A stretch of DNA of 63,701 nucleotides, the filler included, from Reclinomonas americana ATCC 50394 (lineage: Eukaryota): assembly GCA_048213135.1 (NCBI GenBank). It is 15 parts of 15 records of this genome, joined end to end, with 100 filler letters (N's around TTAATTAATTAA, not from the genome) between each part and the next. Parts side by side here need not be neighbours in the genome. Positions count along the whole stretch, not along the records: positions 10,502 to 31,392 come from AFZH01020180.1; positions 31,493 to 36,501 come from AFZH01020181.1; positions 36,602 to 38,474 come from AFZH01020182.1; positions 38,575 to 42,470 come from AFZH01020183.1; 11 more parts are not named here. One strand, given 5' to 3'. The notes beneath the pieces were generated by a model. That model had not been told where the DNA came from, made no database searches, and saw nothing but the letters and a program-made list of their open reading frames with translations. The translations under genes were made by a program, and so were the position numbers. Of the stretch, positions 29,895 through 38,947 are shown one piece after another. Every line of letters starts with the position of its first letter. Within the stretch, counting starts at the first letter, position 1.

Positions 29895-31392
29895 CTAGGC
29901 TTGGCGCAGCGCCACCTGGTCGCCGCCGACCAGGGGCATGTCCAGCGGCCAGTAGAGCGGCGCCACGCCGCCGAGGTCCTGGTCGCCGAGATTGACTGGG
30001 TCCAGCGACAGGCCCGCATTGGCCGTCGAATATTCGAAGAGATTGGCGCTGGCCCGCAGCAACGACAGCGCCTGGCCGCCCGCGCCGCCGAAATACGGAG
30101 CCAAGCCCTGTGAGGACAGGGCCTGGCGCACGCTGGCGCCCAGCGTCACCCAGCGCGTCTCGCCTTGCACGCTGACCTGGATCTGCGGCGTCAGGCTGGA
30201 GCGACCGCGGAAATAGGTGGCGAAATAGTCTACGCCCGTGGGGAAGGCGCCGTTCTGGGCATAGCTGTCGGTGACGGCCGACAACGTCTTCCAGCTCATC
30301 GCACCGATCACGGTGATGTTGGCCTCGAGGGCCGTTGAGCCCGTCGAGCCCGAGCCCAAGGGCTGTGGCGGGTAGAAAAGCCGATAGTAGGGCTGGCGGT
30401 TCTGATCGTCGAAGAAGTCGATCGGCCCGCCCGCGACCGGACGGCTGCTGGCCGCCCCCCCGCCGCCGGGATAGATCAGCGACAGGAAAGCGTCGACCGA
30501 CAGGCTGCGGCCCGCGCCCGTCGACAGGGTTCCGGCGCCGCCCTGCGGGATGACGTTAAAGAGGTCCAACGCCTCGGCGCCCGTGGCCAGGAAGCCGTTC
30601 TTCTGGCTCGTGCCGCCGACAATCGCCTGGTAGAGCGCGCCAGACAGCTGCAGCCTTGCGCCGGGCGTGAGGTCGACGACCCGCAGGCTGTCGCTACGCC
30701 AAAGGCCGTAGCGGTAGTAGAGGATCTCCTCGAAGGTCTGCGGCATGGCTTCGGCGATGATCTGACGGATCAGGCCGATGGCCCAAGGAAAGACCCCGGC
30801 GTCCTCGATGGCGCTTAGGAACGCGACATAGGTCGAGCGCAGGTCAGGGCGGACGACGGCCGCGCCCAAGCTGGTCCAGACATCGGCGCCCAAGGTCAGC
30901 TGGTAGGGCAGGGGCGGATCGCCGCTGGCCGGAGCCAGTTGGAAGGCGCTGGCGCCGGACTCCGGGATGGTTGGATTGTCCGAGCCGGTGAAGGGCTTGG
31001 GCAGGTAGAGGACGATCGGCTTGCCAATGACGTCGGCCAGGTCCTGGAAGGCGCCACGGCGATAGAGATAAGGCGGCTCGCCGGCCCCGCCGAGCCCGCA
31101 GGAATAGGCGTGGCCGGCCAGGGTCGGCGGCAGGGCCGCGCTGGGCGCGCCCTGGACATAGGGCTGACGGGTGTCGGTGGGGGCGCTGGAGACCGCCCGC
31201 ACGGTCACGGCCACATGGGTTCCCCAGGGATAGGCGAGGTCGGGGACCGCGACGCTCGCCGCGGCGCTCAACGCGCCGGCGACATAGAGATCCTGCGCGC
31301 CGGCGTTGCTGACCGAAACCAGATAGCCGCCGACGCCCGTCCCGGGGATCGGTCGCCAGGCCACATGCAGGTTGGTCCCGTCGTATTCAGCG
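29895..31392 (-). CDS. C-terminal part of the FN3/Ig-like repeat protein (B); frame open to the contig edge
   Basis: The frame is open from the contig end and begins AEYDGTNLHVAWRPIPG..GGYLVSVS, the same YDG-x-x-L-x-x-x-W repeat unit as in 31538-33927. Confidence 0.8.
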
Positions 31393-31501
31393 NNNNNNNN
31401 NNNNNNNNNNNNNNNNNNNNNNNNNNNNNNNNNNNNTTAATTAATTAANNNNNNNNNNNNNNNNNNNNNNNNNNNNNNNNNNNNNNNNNNNNGTGATGCG
31501 C

Positions 31502-31537
31502 CTGCTGTACGGCCAAGGCGGATGTACGGTACAGCAG
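31502..31537. other. Mate-pair library internal adapter (artifact)
   Basis: CTGCTGTACGGCCAAGGCGGATGTACGGTACAGCAG is, from memory, the reverse complement of the SOLiD/Ion long mate-pair internal adapter. It sits at the contig edge where ORF B turns into nonsense. Confidence 0.8.
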
Positions 31538-33927
31538 ACCACCGGCAGGCTGACCGAGGCGGCCGCCGAGCCGGCGACGACCTGGCGGACCAGCGGCGCG
31601 CCGTCGACGCTGACCTCGAACCAGTAGCTGTCCTGGGCTGGGCCCGAGACGGTGGCTCCAATGACGAGACTGGTCCCGTCATAGGTCACCGTGTTGATCA
31701 CGCAAGGGGTATGGAGCGTGGCCGTCGCGGCCGGGCCTTGGCCGACGGCGTTGATGGCCGACAGGCTCAGGCTTCCCGCGACCAGGAAGGCCGCCGGGGC
31801 CGGGCCGTCATAGCCGGCCCCGGTGGCGACTAGGTTCGCGGCGGCTCCGGAAGTCGGCGTCGCCGTCAGGCCGAAACTGTTGACCAGACTCTGGGCGGGC
31901 GGGTCCCAGCGCAGGCTCATCTGGCCATCGGCGATATAGGCCGAGCGTAGCGTCGGGGCCTGCAACAACAGGTCCACAGCGGGCGAGGGCGGGCCGACCG
32001 CCAGGCCGGCGGCGTCGGTGACGCGCGCGCGCAAACGGTAGGGCTGGTCGACCTGGCTTGGCGCTGTGAAGCTGCAACCGGTCGACGAGGTGTCGGCGAC
32101 CAGGGCGGTCAGGGTTTCGCCCAGCAGGAGTTCGCCGCGCACGGCCGCAGGGGCCGCGCCGGTGACGGTCCAGGTCGCCGCGATGCTCGCGCCGGGGGTC
32201 ACTTGGGTGATGGTCACGAGGCTGGCGACCACGGCTATCGTGGCGCTATCGGGCGTGGCGCGCAGGGCCGAGACCCCGGCGACCTTGACTGTGGCGTTCG
32301 CGGCCTGGACGGGCGTCAGCGGCGTCTCATAGCACGTCTGGCCTTCGCTGACCGTGAAGGTCCCTAGGCCGGCGATGGTAACGGCGTAGTGGGTGAGGAA
32401 GGGCAGGACCGCCGCGGCCCACTGCAAGCGCAGGGTCTGGCCGTCATAGTCGACCAGCGTCAGGCTGGGCGCGGTCACGATGGGCGGGGTCACCGTCGTG
32501 GGCGCGGCTGCCAGCGTGGTCACCGGCCCGATCGTCGGCGTAATGCTCGCGCTCCAGGCCTTGGAGAGATCGAGATCGGCCGGGAAGCTGATCGGCAGCT
32601 GGGCGCCGACCTGCACGGCGATCGTGTCGGCGCCTGTCGCGGTCAGAGCGATCGCGTAGCTGTCGGCCGCAGGCCCGGTCGAGGCCAGGTCGATGGTCAC
32701 GGTCTGGCCGTCATAGCGGGCCGCGACCCCTTGTGGCGCGGCCAGCGGCACTGTCAGGCGGGGCGAATAGGGACCCTGGCTCGTCTGGCCGTTGGCTGTC
32801 ACCACCAAAGCGACGTCGATCGCATAGACAGTGCTGGCGGCGGGAGGCAGGGCGGCCCACGTCACCGAGCCGCTGGCGGCGTTTAAGGTCTGGGTCTGGA
32901 TGGCGACGCCGTTGGCGTAGAGGGTGGCGACCAGCGACCCGCCGGTCGGCAGCGCGCCCGGGGCGGCCAGGTGGGCGGAAATCACCGCAGCCTGGGGCGA
33001 GCCCGTGACGCTGGCCGAGAGGATCTGCGGGGGCAGGGTGTTTAGGGCGAGCGTCGCGCCGAGGGGACCAACGAACGCGCCGTAGCTGATCCTCCCGGCC
33101 ACGGTTGGGCTGGCCAGGGCGTCGAGGCGTCCGCCCGCCAACCGCCCGCCGGTCAAACCGGCGTCAGCGATCGCGATCGGGTTCGAACCGTCCAGGAGCA
33201 GGAGGTCGTAGCGCGCCGGCGCCGCCACGTTCGGGGGCGTGGGCGCGGTCCATTGGACGGCGATCTCACCCTCGCCGCAGGCGGCGCGCGTTAGGGCTGG
33301 CCCGGCCGTGGGGATCGGTTGAGCAGTGGTCGGCGGACCCAGGGTGTAGGGCGACCCGAATGCGCCGGTCGTGCCGCCGCTGACCGGCTGGGCCGCAGCG
33401 ATGGAGACCCGGTAGTCGTGGCCGGCGGTGAAGATGGCGCTGACCGTCCCGGCCGGACCCGTGTTCAGGTAGTAGTATTGGGTGTTCGATTGGATCGTGT
33501 AGTCGATGATCTGCAGATAGGCCCCGGCGATCGACGCGCCGCTCGGATTGTCCCAGGTGAACGACAGCCCCGTGGAGGTCACTTCCAGGGCGGTGATGCG
33601 CAGTTGGGCGACCACCACCGGCGCGGAGATCACCCCGCTGACGGACCAGTCCATGTCGGCGGGATTGAGGCCCGGCGAGGCGAATTGCACCTGCAGCAGA
33701 TAGGCGATAGTCGGGGCCAGCGGCGCCGTGTTGAGGACGCGGACGGCGGTGGCCGTCGCGCCCGTCCCATAGGCGATGGGTGTCTGGTCGGCGGTGAGCT
33801 GCGCATAGGCCACCGACCCCGTCGGTGCGCCGCTGGACGAGAGCACAGCCTGCACGCCGGCCTGGGTCGAGCCGATCGGCAGGGGCGCGAATGGATCGAG
33901 ATACTGGACCGACTGGAAGGATGGCAT
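31538..33927 (-). CDS. N-terminal part of a large FN3/Ig-like beta-sandwich repeat protein (B)
   Basis: Strong RBS (GGGGAGGG). Repeated ~85-95-aa units such as ITALEVTSTGLSFTWDNP..GAY, IAVQWTAP..RYDL, PSLTLVDYDGQTLRLQW..THYAV and PTLRSAYIADGQMSLRWDPP..SFGL. Confidence 0.85.
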
Positions 33928-33951
33928 CGCGTCCCCTCCCCCTTCACTCGA

Positions 33952-35658
33952 CTAGAACATCCCGCCGTAGCGCCGGTTGTCCGATTGGATGGTCGCCAGA
34001 GTGCTGGCGTAGTCGGTGTGATAGCGCTCGGGGATGCGGCCCTTCATGTAGTCCAGCGAGTGGGTGTTGAGGTGGTGGCTTTGCTGGACGGCGGCGTGGT
34101 CGCCGACCACGACGCCATTGGCGATGAACGTGCCGATGACGCCGGCCAGGCCCTTGGCGCGATCGGTCTCGTCAATCAACTTCAGATTGGCGAAGACGCC
34201 CGAGAACGTGTCCGGTTCGAGCGCGGCGATCGACTCGGGGCCACCTTCGGTCAGCACGCTGTCGCCGACGGCGAGATCGGCGGCCCGCACCAGCCCGTTG
34301 GCGGTGACGACCGGGTGGCCGCCCGTCAGCACCAGGCTGCGGCCGCCGTCGGTGGTCAGACGATACACCCCGGTGCTGGCGACGTTAGGCTGATGGATCT
34401 TGTGCAGGCCGCGGGTCGTGGCCTCGACGCCCAGTGCGCCGCCTTGTCCGGTGCGCACCCGCACGGTGTTGCCGATGGTCTCGATCGGCTGGGTCGACCC
34501 GTCCTCGAGGGTCACCAGCGTGCCTTCGGCCAGGCAGTGCCACCAGAATTCCAGCGGCTTGATCTGGACGCAGTTGACCGAGGGCTGCTCTGGCCAGTCG
34601 GTGCTGCAGACATTGAACTGATACGGGAGCGGGCCGCTCACCGGGATGATGAACTCGAAGAAGAAGGCCGTCTCGTTGTGCGAGGTCCAGTCGGCGTTGT
34701 TGTTGGCGCCGCCGTAGGTCCCGTAACGCAGCGACGGGGTGTTGCTGGGCGAGGTGTTGCTGGGGTCGAACGGGTAGTTCCAGGTCACGACATTGGTCGC
34801 CGTATCGCCCGTGACCTTGGTTGGATCCGCCGAGCCGGGCACGTAGGCGGCGCCGTTTAGCGAATAGAGGTTCGTGGTCAGCGTCAGACCCGAGGTGAAC
34901 CGGCCGTCGGAACCGACATTGGCCAGCGGCTGCTGGGTGTTGACGTTACCCGTGAACGGCACCAGCAGCGGCGGGTTGTCGTTGGTGTCCTGGGAATAGG
35001 TGTAGTCGGCGTCGACTCCTGGCGAGGGGCGGCCTAGGGCGATCTTCACTGAGGCGTGCGTGGCGCTGACCGGCGCGGTCACCGTGGCCTGCGGCATGCC
35101 TTCGGTCGCCAGCCGCGTCGTCTTGGAAACCATGCCGAAGGCGGGCAGGGCCTCGGGATGCGACTGGCTGTGGTAGAAGCCGACCGCGGTGATTTTATCG
35201 GTTGCGGGCAGGGCGGCGTCCGAGCGCGTCGCAGCCGGGCAGAGGCCACCACCGACCTTGTTGGCGTAACCCTGAGCGAGGCTCGCGCCGGTGTTGGCGT
35301 CGACAACCAAGGCGGCGCTGCTGGCAACGTGCGCGCCAGCTTGGTCGATATACCAAGCGCGGGCGGTGGCGCGCCCTTGCGCGTCGCGGCCCAAGTCGAC
35401 CAGCTGCAGCACATGGCCGGTCGCGTCCGGCGCGGCCAGACCGCCGCCGCTCAGGCGCGCCAAGTCGCCAAATAGCCCCGGGTGAGTCTCGGCTGTCTTG
35501 CCGCTCAGCGCCAGGAACGCCTGGATCGCCGCGGCGTCGACCGGATCGGCGGGGTTGAGGGCGCGTTGAACGCCGTCTTGGCCCGCCTTCGCGGCGGTGA
35601 GGATCGCATCGGCCTGGTCGTTGCTGCTGGGAATCATGCCGCCACCCCTGGTTTGCAT
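33952..35658 (-). CDS. Hint (hedgehog/intein)-domain autoprocessing protein, 568 aa; first gene of the operon (A). True start may be the ATG at 35637
   Basis: H/CLAEGTLV (block A, Cys375), LVLTGGHPV (block B TxxH), VRAADLAVGD and VFANL...TFIANGVVVGD (blocks F/G). AGGGG RBS lies before the second ATG. Confidence 0.9.
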   Translation of the reverse strand: MQTRGGGMIPSSNDQADAILTAAKAGQDGVQRALNPADPVDAAAIQAFLALSGKTAETHPGLFGDLARLSGGGLAAPDATGHVLQLVDLGRDAQGRATARAWYIDQAGAHVASSAALVVDANTGASLAQGYANKVGGGLCPAATRSDAALPATDKITAVGFYHSQSHPEALPAFGMVSKTTRLATEGMPQATVTAPVSATHASVKIALGRPSPGVDADYTYSQDTNDNPPLLVPFTGNVNTQQPLANVGSDGRFTSGLTLTTNLYSLNGAAYVPGSADPTKVTGDTATNVVTWNYPFDPSNTSPSNTPSLRYGTYGGANNNADWTSHNETAFFFEFIIPVSGPLPYQFNVCSTDWPEQPSVNCVQIKPLEFWWHCLAEGTLVTLEDGSTQPIETIGNTVRVRTGQGGALGVEATTRGLHKIHQPNVASTGVYRLTTDGGRSLVLTGGHPVVTANGLVRAADLAVGDSVLTEGGPESIAALEPDTFSGVFANLKLIDETDRAKGLAGVIGTFIANGVVVGDHAAVQQSHHLNTHSLDYMKGRIPERYHTDYASTLATIQSDNRRYGGMF

Positions 35659-35659
35659 T

Positions 35660-35800
35660 TGATGTCGTGAGTTCGTCGTCGCGACCGCCTTGCTTCAGGG
35701 GCGCTTTTCTTTCACTGGTTGTACTTGGAGGTTAACTCCACCGTGAATCGGAATGCAACCAATAACTGTTGCCATTCAAAATATAATCATCACTTGTTTA
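35660..35800 (-). promoter_or_regulatory. AT-rich upstream promoter/leader region of the operon
   Basis: Abrupt AT-rich tract (AAAATATAATCATC) in otherwise high-GC DNA directly 5' of gene A; contains nested inverted repeats at 35716-35761. Confidence 0.5.
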
Positions 35801-35885
35801 GAGCGTCTCGCGCCTCGTCGACGGCGCCCAAGGCCGCCACGTCAGGACCCCCGCGACATCTTCCCCAAGCTCAAGGAATAGGGCG

Positions 35886-36446
35886 ATGAAGGCTTGGTCG
35901 TTCAGCGCCGAAAGCCATCGCCGGGCGAACGTGCCGAGGCCCGGCGGGATGCGATGGGACGCCTGGGCCTGCCGATCGAGGGACTGTCGGCCGGCTCGCC
36001 GGCCGACCCTGCCCAACGGTTGTGGTGGAGCGCGTCCCAAGATCCATGTCGGGATTGGCGAAGGTGGAGCGATTTCGGTGACGGAGGGCGAAGCTGCGCC
36101 GGGACACACCGCCTGGATCGTCAAGTTCGCCGCGCCCAACGACCCGCCCGACATCGGGCCGATCGAAGCTGCCTATGCTTCTATGGCCAAGGCGGCTGGC
36201 GTTGAGATGACGGAGCACCGCTTGCTGCCGGCCAAGTCGGGCCCCGGCTATTTCGCAACCCGGCGGTTTGACCGGCCTGAGCCAGGGCGACGGCTGCACG
36301 TGGTTTCACTGGGCGGCGCGATTGAAGCGCCATGGGCCCAGCCGTCCTCCTACGACTGCTTCCTGCGCGCCACCCTGGCGATCACCCGCCATGCCGGCGA
36401 CGTCGCCGCAGCTTTCCGGCGGATGGTGTTCAGTATCCTCACCGCC
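35886..36446 (+). pseudogene. hipA: hipA-family toxin, decayed N-terminal/central fragment, truncated before the catalytic NxDxH motif
   Basis: GGARPK, WIVKF, EAAYASMAKAAGVEM, YFATRRFDR and AFRRMVFSIL are HipA motifs. The upstream LGLPIEGLS segment is in another frame. Similarity stops at ~36443 and unrelated sequence follows. Confidence 0.85.
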
Positions 36447-36601
36447 TCTTCAACGCTCTCTGAAGGTCGTGTCTGCGGCGTGGTCTGAGAGTCTGTTCAT
36501 GNNNNNNNNNNNNNNNNNNNNNNNNNNNNNNNNNNNNNNNNNNNNTTAATTAATTAANNNNNNNNNNNNNNNNNNNNNNNNNNNNNNNNNNNNNNNNNNN
36601 N

Positions 36602-38474
36602 TCGCTCCAACTCTCGCTGCTTTTGCACCAACTCCTGCTCGCGCTCCTGTCGCTGACGCTGTCGTTCGCGCTCCTCCTCTCGTTCGCGCTCCCGGCGGTA
36701 TTCCAGCTGTCGCTTTTCTTCGACGAGTCGCGCCCGCTGCTCTTCGGCAGCCTTTTCCGCAAACCGCCGAGCCTCTTGTTGGTGCAGCAGCCGTCTGGCC
36801 TCTTCGCGTGCAATTTCTCTCGCGATTTTGTTCTCTGCGTCCTCGGCCAGCGGGGACGAAGGCGGTGGCACATCGAGCCAGGAAACAGTAGCTAACAAGA
36901 CGCACATTGAGCAAGAGAGGAATAACGCAGTGACAAGTGAAGGCTCGACACTCACCGACAGCCGGCGATTGTGGACGAGCAGAAGACTGCATCAAAGCAC
37001 CGGGACGGGTGGCGGGCCTGCGCTCCTGTGCACTCCGCGCCTCCTCGTCCTCCTGCTGCTGCCTAGCTGCCTCTCGTCTCTCCTCCTCCTCCACACGCCG
37101 CCGTTCGAGCTCCGCACGCAGTCGCTCCGCCTCCCGTTTGGCTGTCTGCTCCTTGTTTCGCAACTCGGCCTCCATCTTGCGCTGCGCATCCTCACGTTTC
37201 TGCTCCGCCTCCTGACGCAGCTTCTCGGCCGCCTGCACGCGCTTCTCCTCCTCTATTTGCAGCTGCTGATCCCGACGGCGACGTTCTCGATCGTCTTCCT
37301 CTGCTTTCTGGCGCCGCTCCGCCTCCACGCGCTTCTCCTCGGCCAGTCGCTGTGCTCGTTCCTCCTCGGCCCGTTTCTGCGCCGCTTCGTCCTCCGCTCG
37401 CTTTCTCGCTGCCTCTTCCTCCGCACGTTTCCTCGCTTCCTCCTCCTCTGCGGCCCTTCTTCGCGCCGCCTCTGCTTCCTCTGCCCTCTTCCTCGCCTCC
37501 TCCTCCTCCGCACGTCTCCTCGCTTCCTCCTCCTCTGCGGCCTTTCTTCGCGCCACCTCAGCTTCCTCAGCCCTCTTCCTTGCCGCAGCCTCAGCTTCCT
37601 CGGCCTTCTTTCTCGCCGCCTCTTCCTCGGCCCTCTTCCTCGCCGCAGCTTCCTCTTCCGCCCGCTTCCTCGCCAACGCCTCCTCCTCGGCTCTCTTTCT
37701 CGCCGCAGCCTCCTCTTCAGCCTTCTTCCTCGCCGCAGCCTCTGCTTCCTCGGCCTTCTTCCTCGCCGCAGCCTCCTCCTCGGCCTTCTTCCGCGCCACC
37801 TCCTCTTCTTCCTCGCGCTTGCGTTGCTCGGCTCGCGTTAGCGCATCACTGATGGTGCTGGTCGCACGACCTTGCGCGGCTGGCGGTGGCGCACCCTCTG
37901 TCGGCGAGAGAGGCGGCGAGATCAAGCCCGGCGCAGTAAAGGACCCCTGGCCACTGCCACTGGCGGCCGCCGGCGGCTGCGTGCCGTTGCGACCCGAGCG
38001 CGGTGCCGGCACCAGGGGCGCAACATTCGAAAGCGACACGGAGCCGCCAGTGCGACGACGATCTGTCGACGAGCGTGTGAGTCTCAACCACCGCGCCATC
38101 GCAGAACTGACTTTGCCGACACGCCTCACCTTGATCGACGTCCACAGGCGACGCCGCCTCTTCGCCACTGATGCCCGCTGGCGTGAGCACCTGAATGGCT
38201 CTGGGTGGTGTGCTGGCGGCGTCACCCGGAGACGCAGCAGCAGAGCCAGAGGGCCGCCGCCGACCGGGCGACAGCGACGAGTCGGGATTAACAGACACGC
38301 CTCGTCGCGGTCCACCGGAGTTGCTTCGATCGCGACCGCTCTCCTGGATCTCTCTCACCGACATTTCCACTCCATTCTGCCGGCCGACCTCGCTCAGCGT
38401 CAAAAAACACGTGAAAATCTGCGCGAAAAACAGCGAAATGAGACATTGTCGTCATTGTCATCGCCGTGTCATGA
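36602..38474 (-). CDS. Eukaryotic low-complexity charged helical (E/K/R/A repeat) protein, multi-exon, partial
   Basis: EEEAAARK(K/R)AEE tandem repeats following a P/S/A-rich segment; intron at ~36840-36955. Confidence 0.65.
37400..37820. repeat. Coding minisatellite (~30-39-nt units) encoding AEEEAAARKK-type repeats
   Basis: Repeated CCTCGGCCTTCTTCCTCGCCGCAGCCTC-like units. Confidence 0.8.
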
Positions 38475-38730
38475 NNNNNNNNNNNNNNNNNNNNNNNNNN
38501 NNNNNNNNNNNNNNNNNNTTAATTAATTAANNNNNNNNNNNNNNNNNNNNNNNNNNNNNNNNNNNNNNNNNNNNGGAGAGTGGGAAGGAGAGAGAGAAGT
38601 GAGTGATCGTGAAAGTGACAGATCACACTTTCATCATGTTCTCTGCGCCTCTCCTTCTTCTCTCCTCTCTTTGCTTCTCTGCTTCTCTACTTCTCTCTTC
38701 TCCTCTCGCTGTGTGTCTGCGGTTGCAGTA

Positions 38731-38877
38731 CCGTTGGAGAGTAATGCGACGAGAACCGTAATCGAAGCCCGCCTCTGAGTCAATGTTGTTGCCGAGACCG
38801 CGAAAGCTGACACTCATAGGGCGTGCGGCGGCACTTCGATGCGACCCGCCACTGTGCGTCGAGTCTGCATCGCTCAT
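38731..38877 (-). CDS. First exon of a hypothetical gene divergent from METTL16
   Basis: MSDADSTHSGG...RRITLQR followed by a GT donor and a GA-rich intron running off the contig. Confidence 0.4.
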
Positions 38878-38947
38878 TCTCTCTCAAAGGTCTTGCTTTT
38901 GTGCACAATGGGACCGCCGCGAGCACCACTGTACTGTCACCCTTGCA

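Noticed and set aside
31493..31537. Hairpin-like CTGCTGTAC...GTACAGCAG at the edge of gene B, suggesting an element end or a Cys-containing protein tail
   Set aside because: Matches a mate-pair library internal adapter; not biological.
33952..34536. Mobile intein or homing element in gene A
   Set aside because: No endonuclease insert, no terminal His-Asn and no Cys/Ser/Thr +1 residue; it is a Hint processing domain rather than a splicing intein.
10964..35658. Prophage, contractile injection system, RHS or Tc toxin locus
   Set aside because: No recognisable capsid, sheath, tube, baseplate, VgrG/PAAR, YD-repeat or SpvB motifs in any ORF by eye. Remote structural homology cannot be excluded without a search.
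11017..35670. Many long plus-strand ORFs opposite the operon (e.g. 15878-17302, 19514-21373, 22919-24379, 33319-34860)
   Set aside because: Antisense shadows expected in high-GC coding DNA; no motifs, and the minus frame carries the recognisable domains and RBSs.
35735..35780. Sigma-54 promoter upstream of the operon (TGGCAAC...TTGCA on the minus strand)
   Set aside because: Spacing between GG and GC does not fit the strict -24/-12 geometry.
35886..36488. Functional HipBA toxin-antitoxin module
   Set aside because: hipA is frameshifted, internally deleted and lacks the catalytic loop; no intact HTH antitoxin ORF is visible.
37400..37820. Regularly spaced repeats considered as a CRISPR array
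   Set aside because: No unique spacers; the units are in-frame coding repeats in a eukaryotic gene and there are no cas genes.
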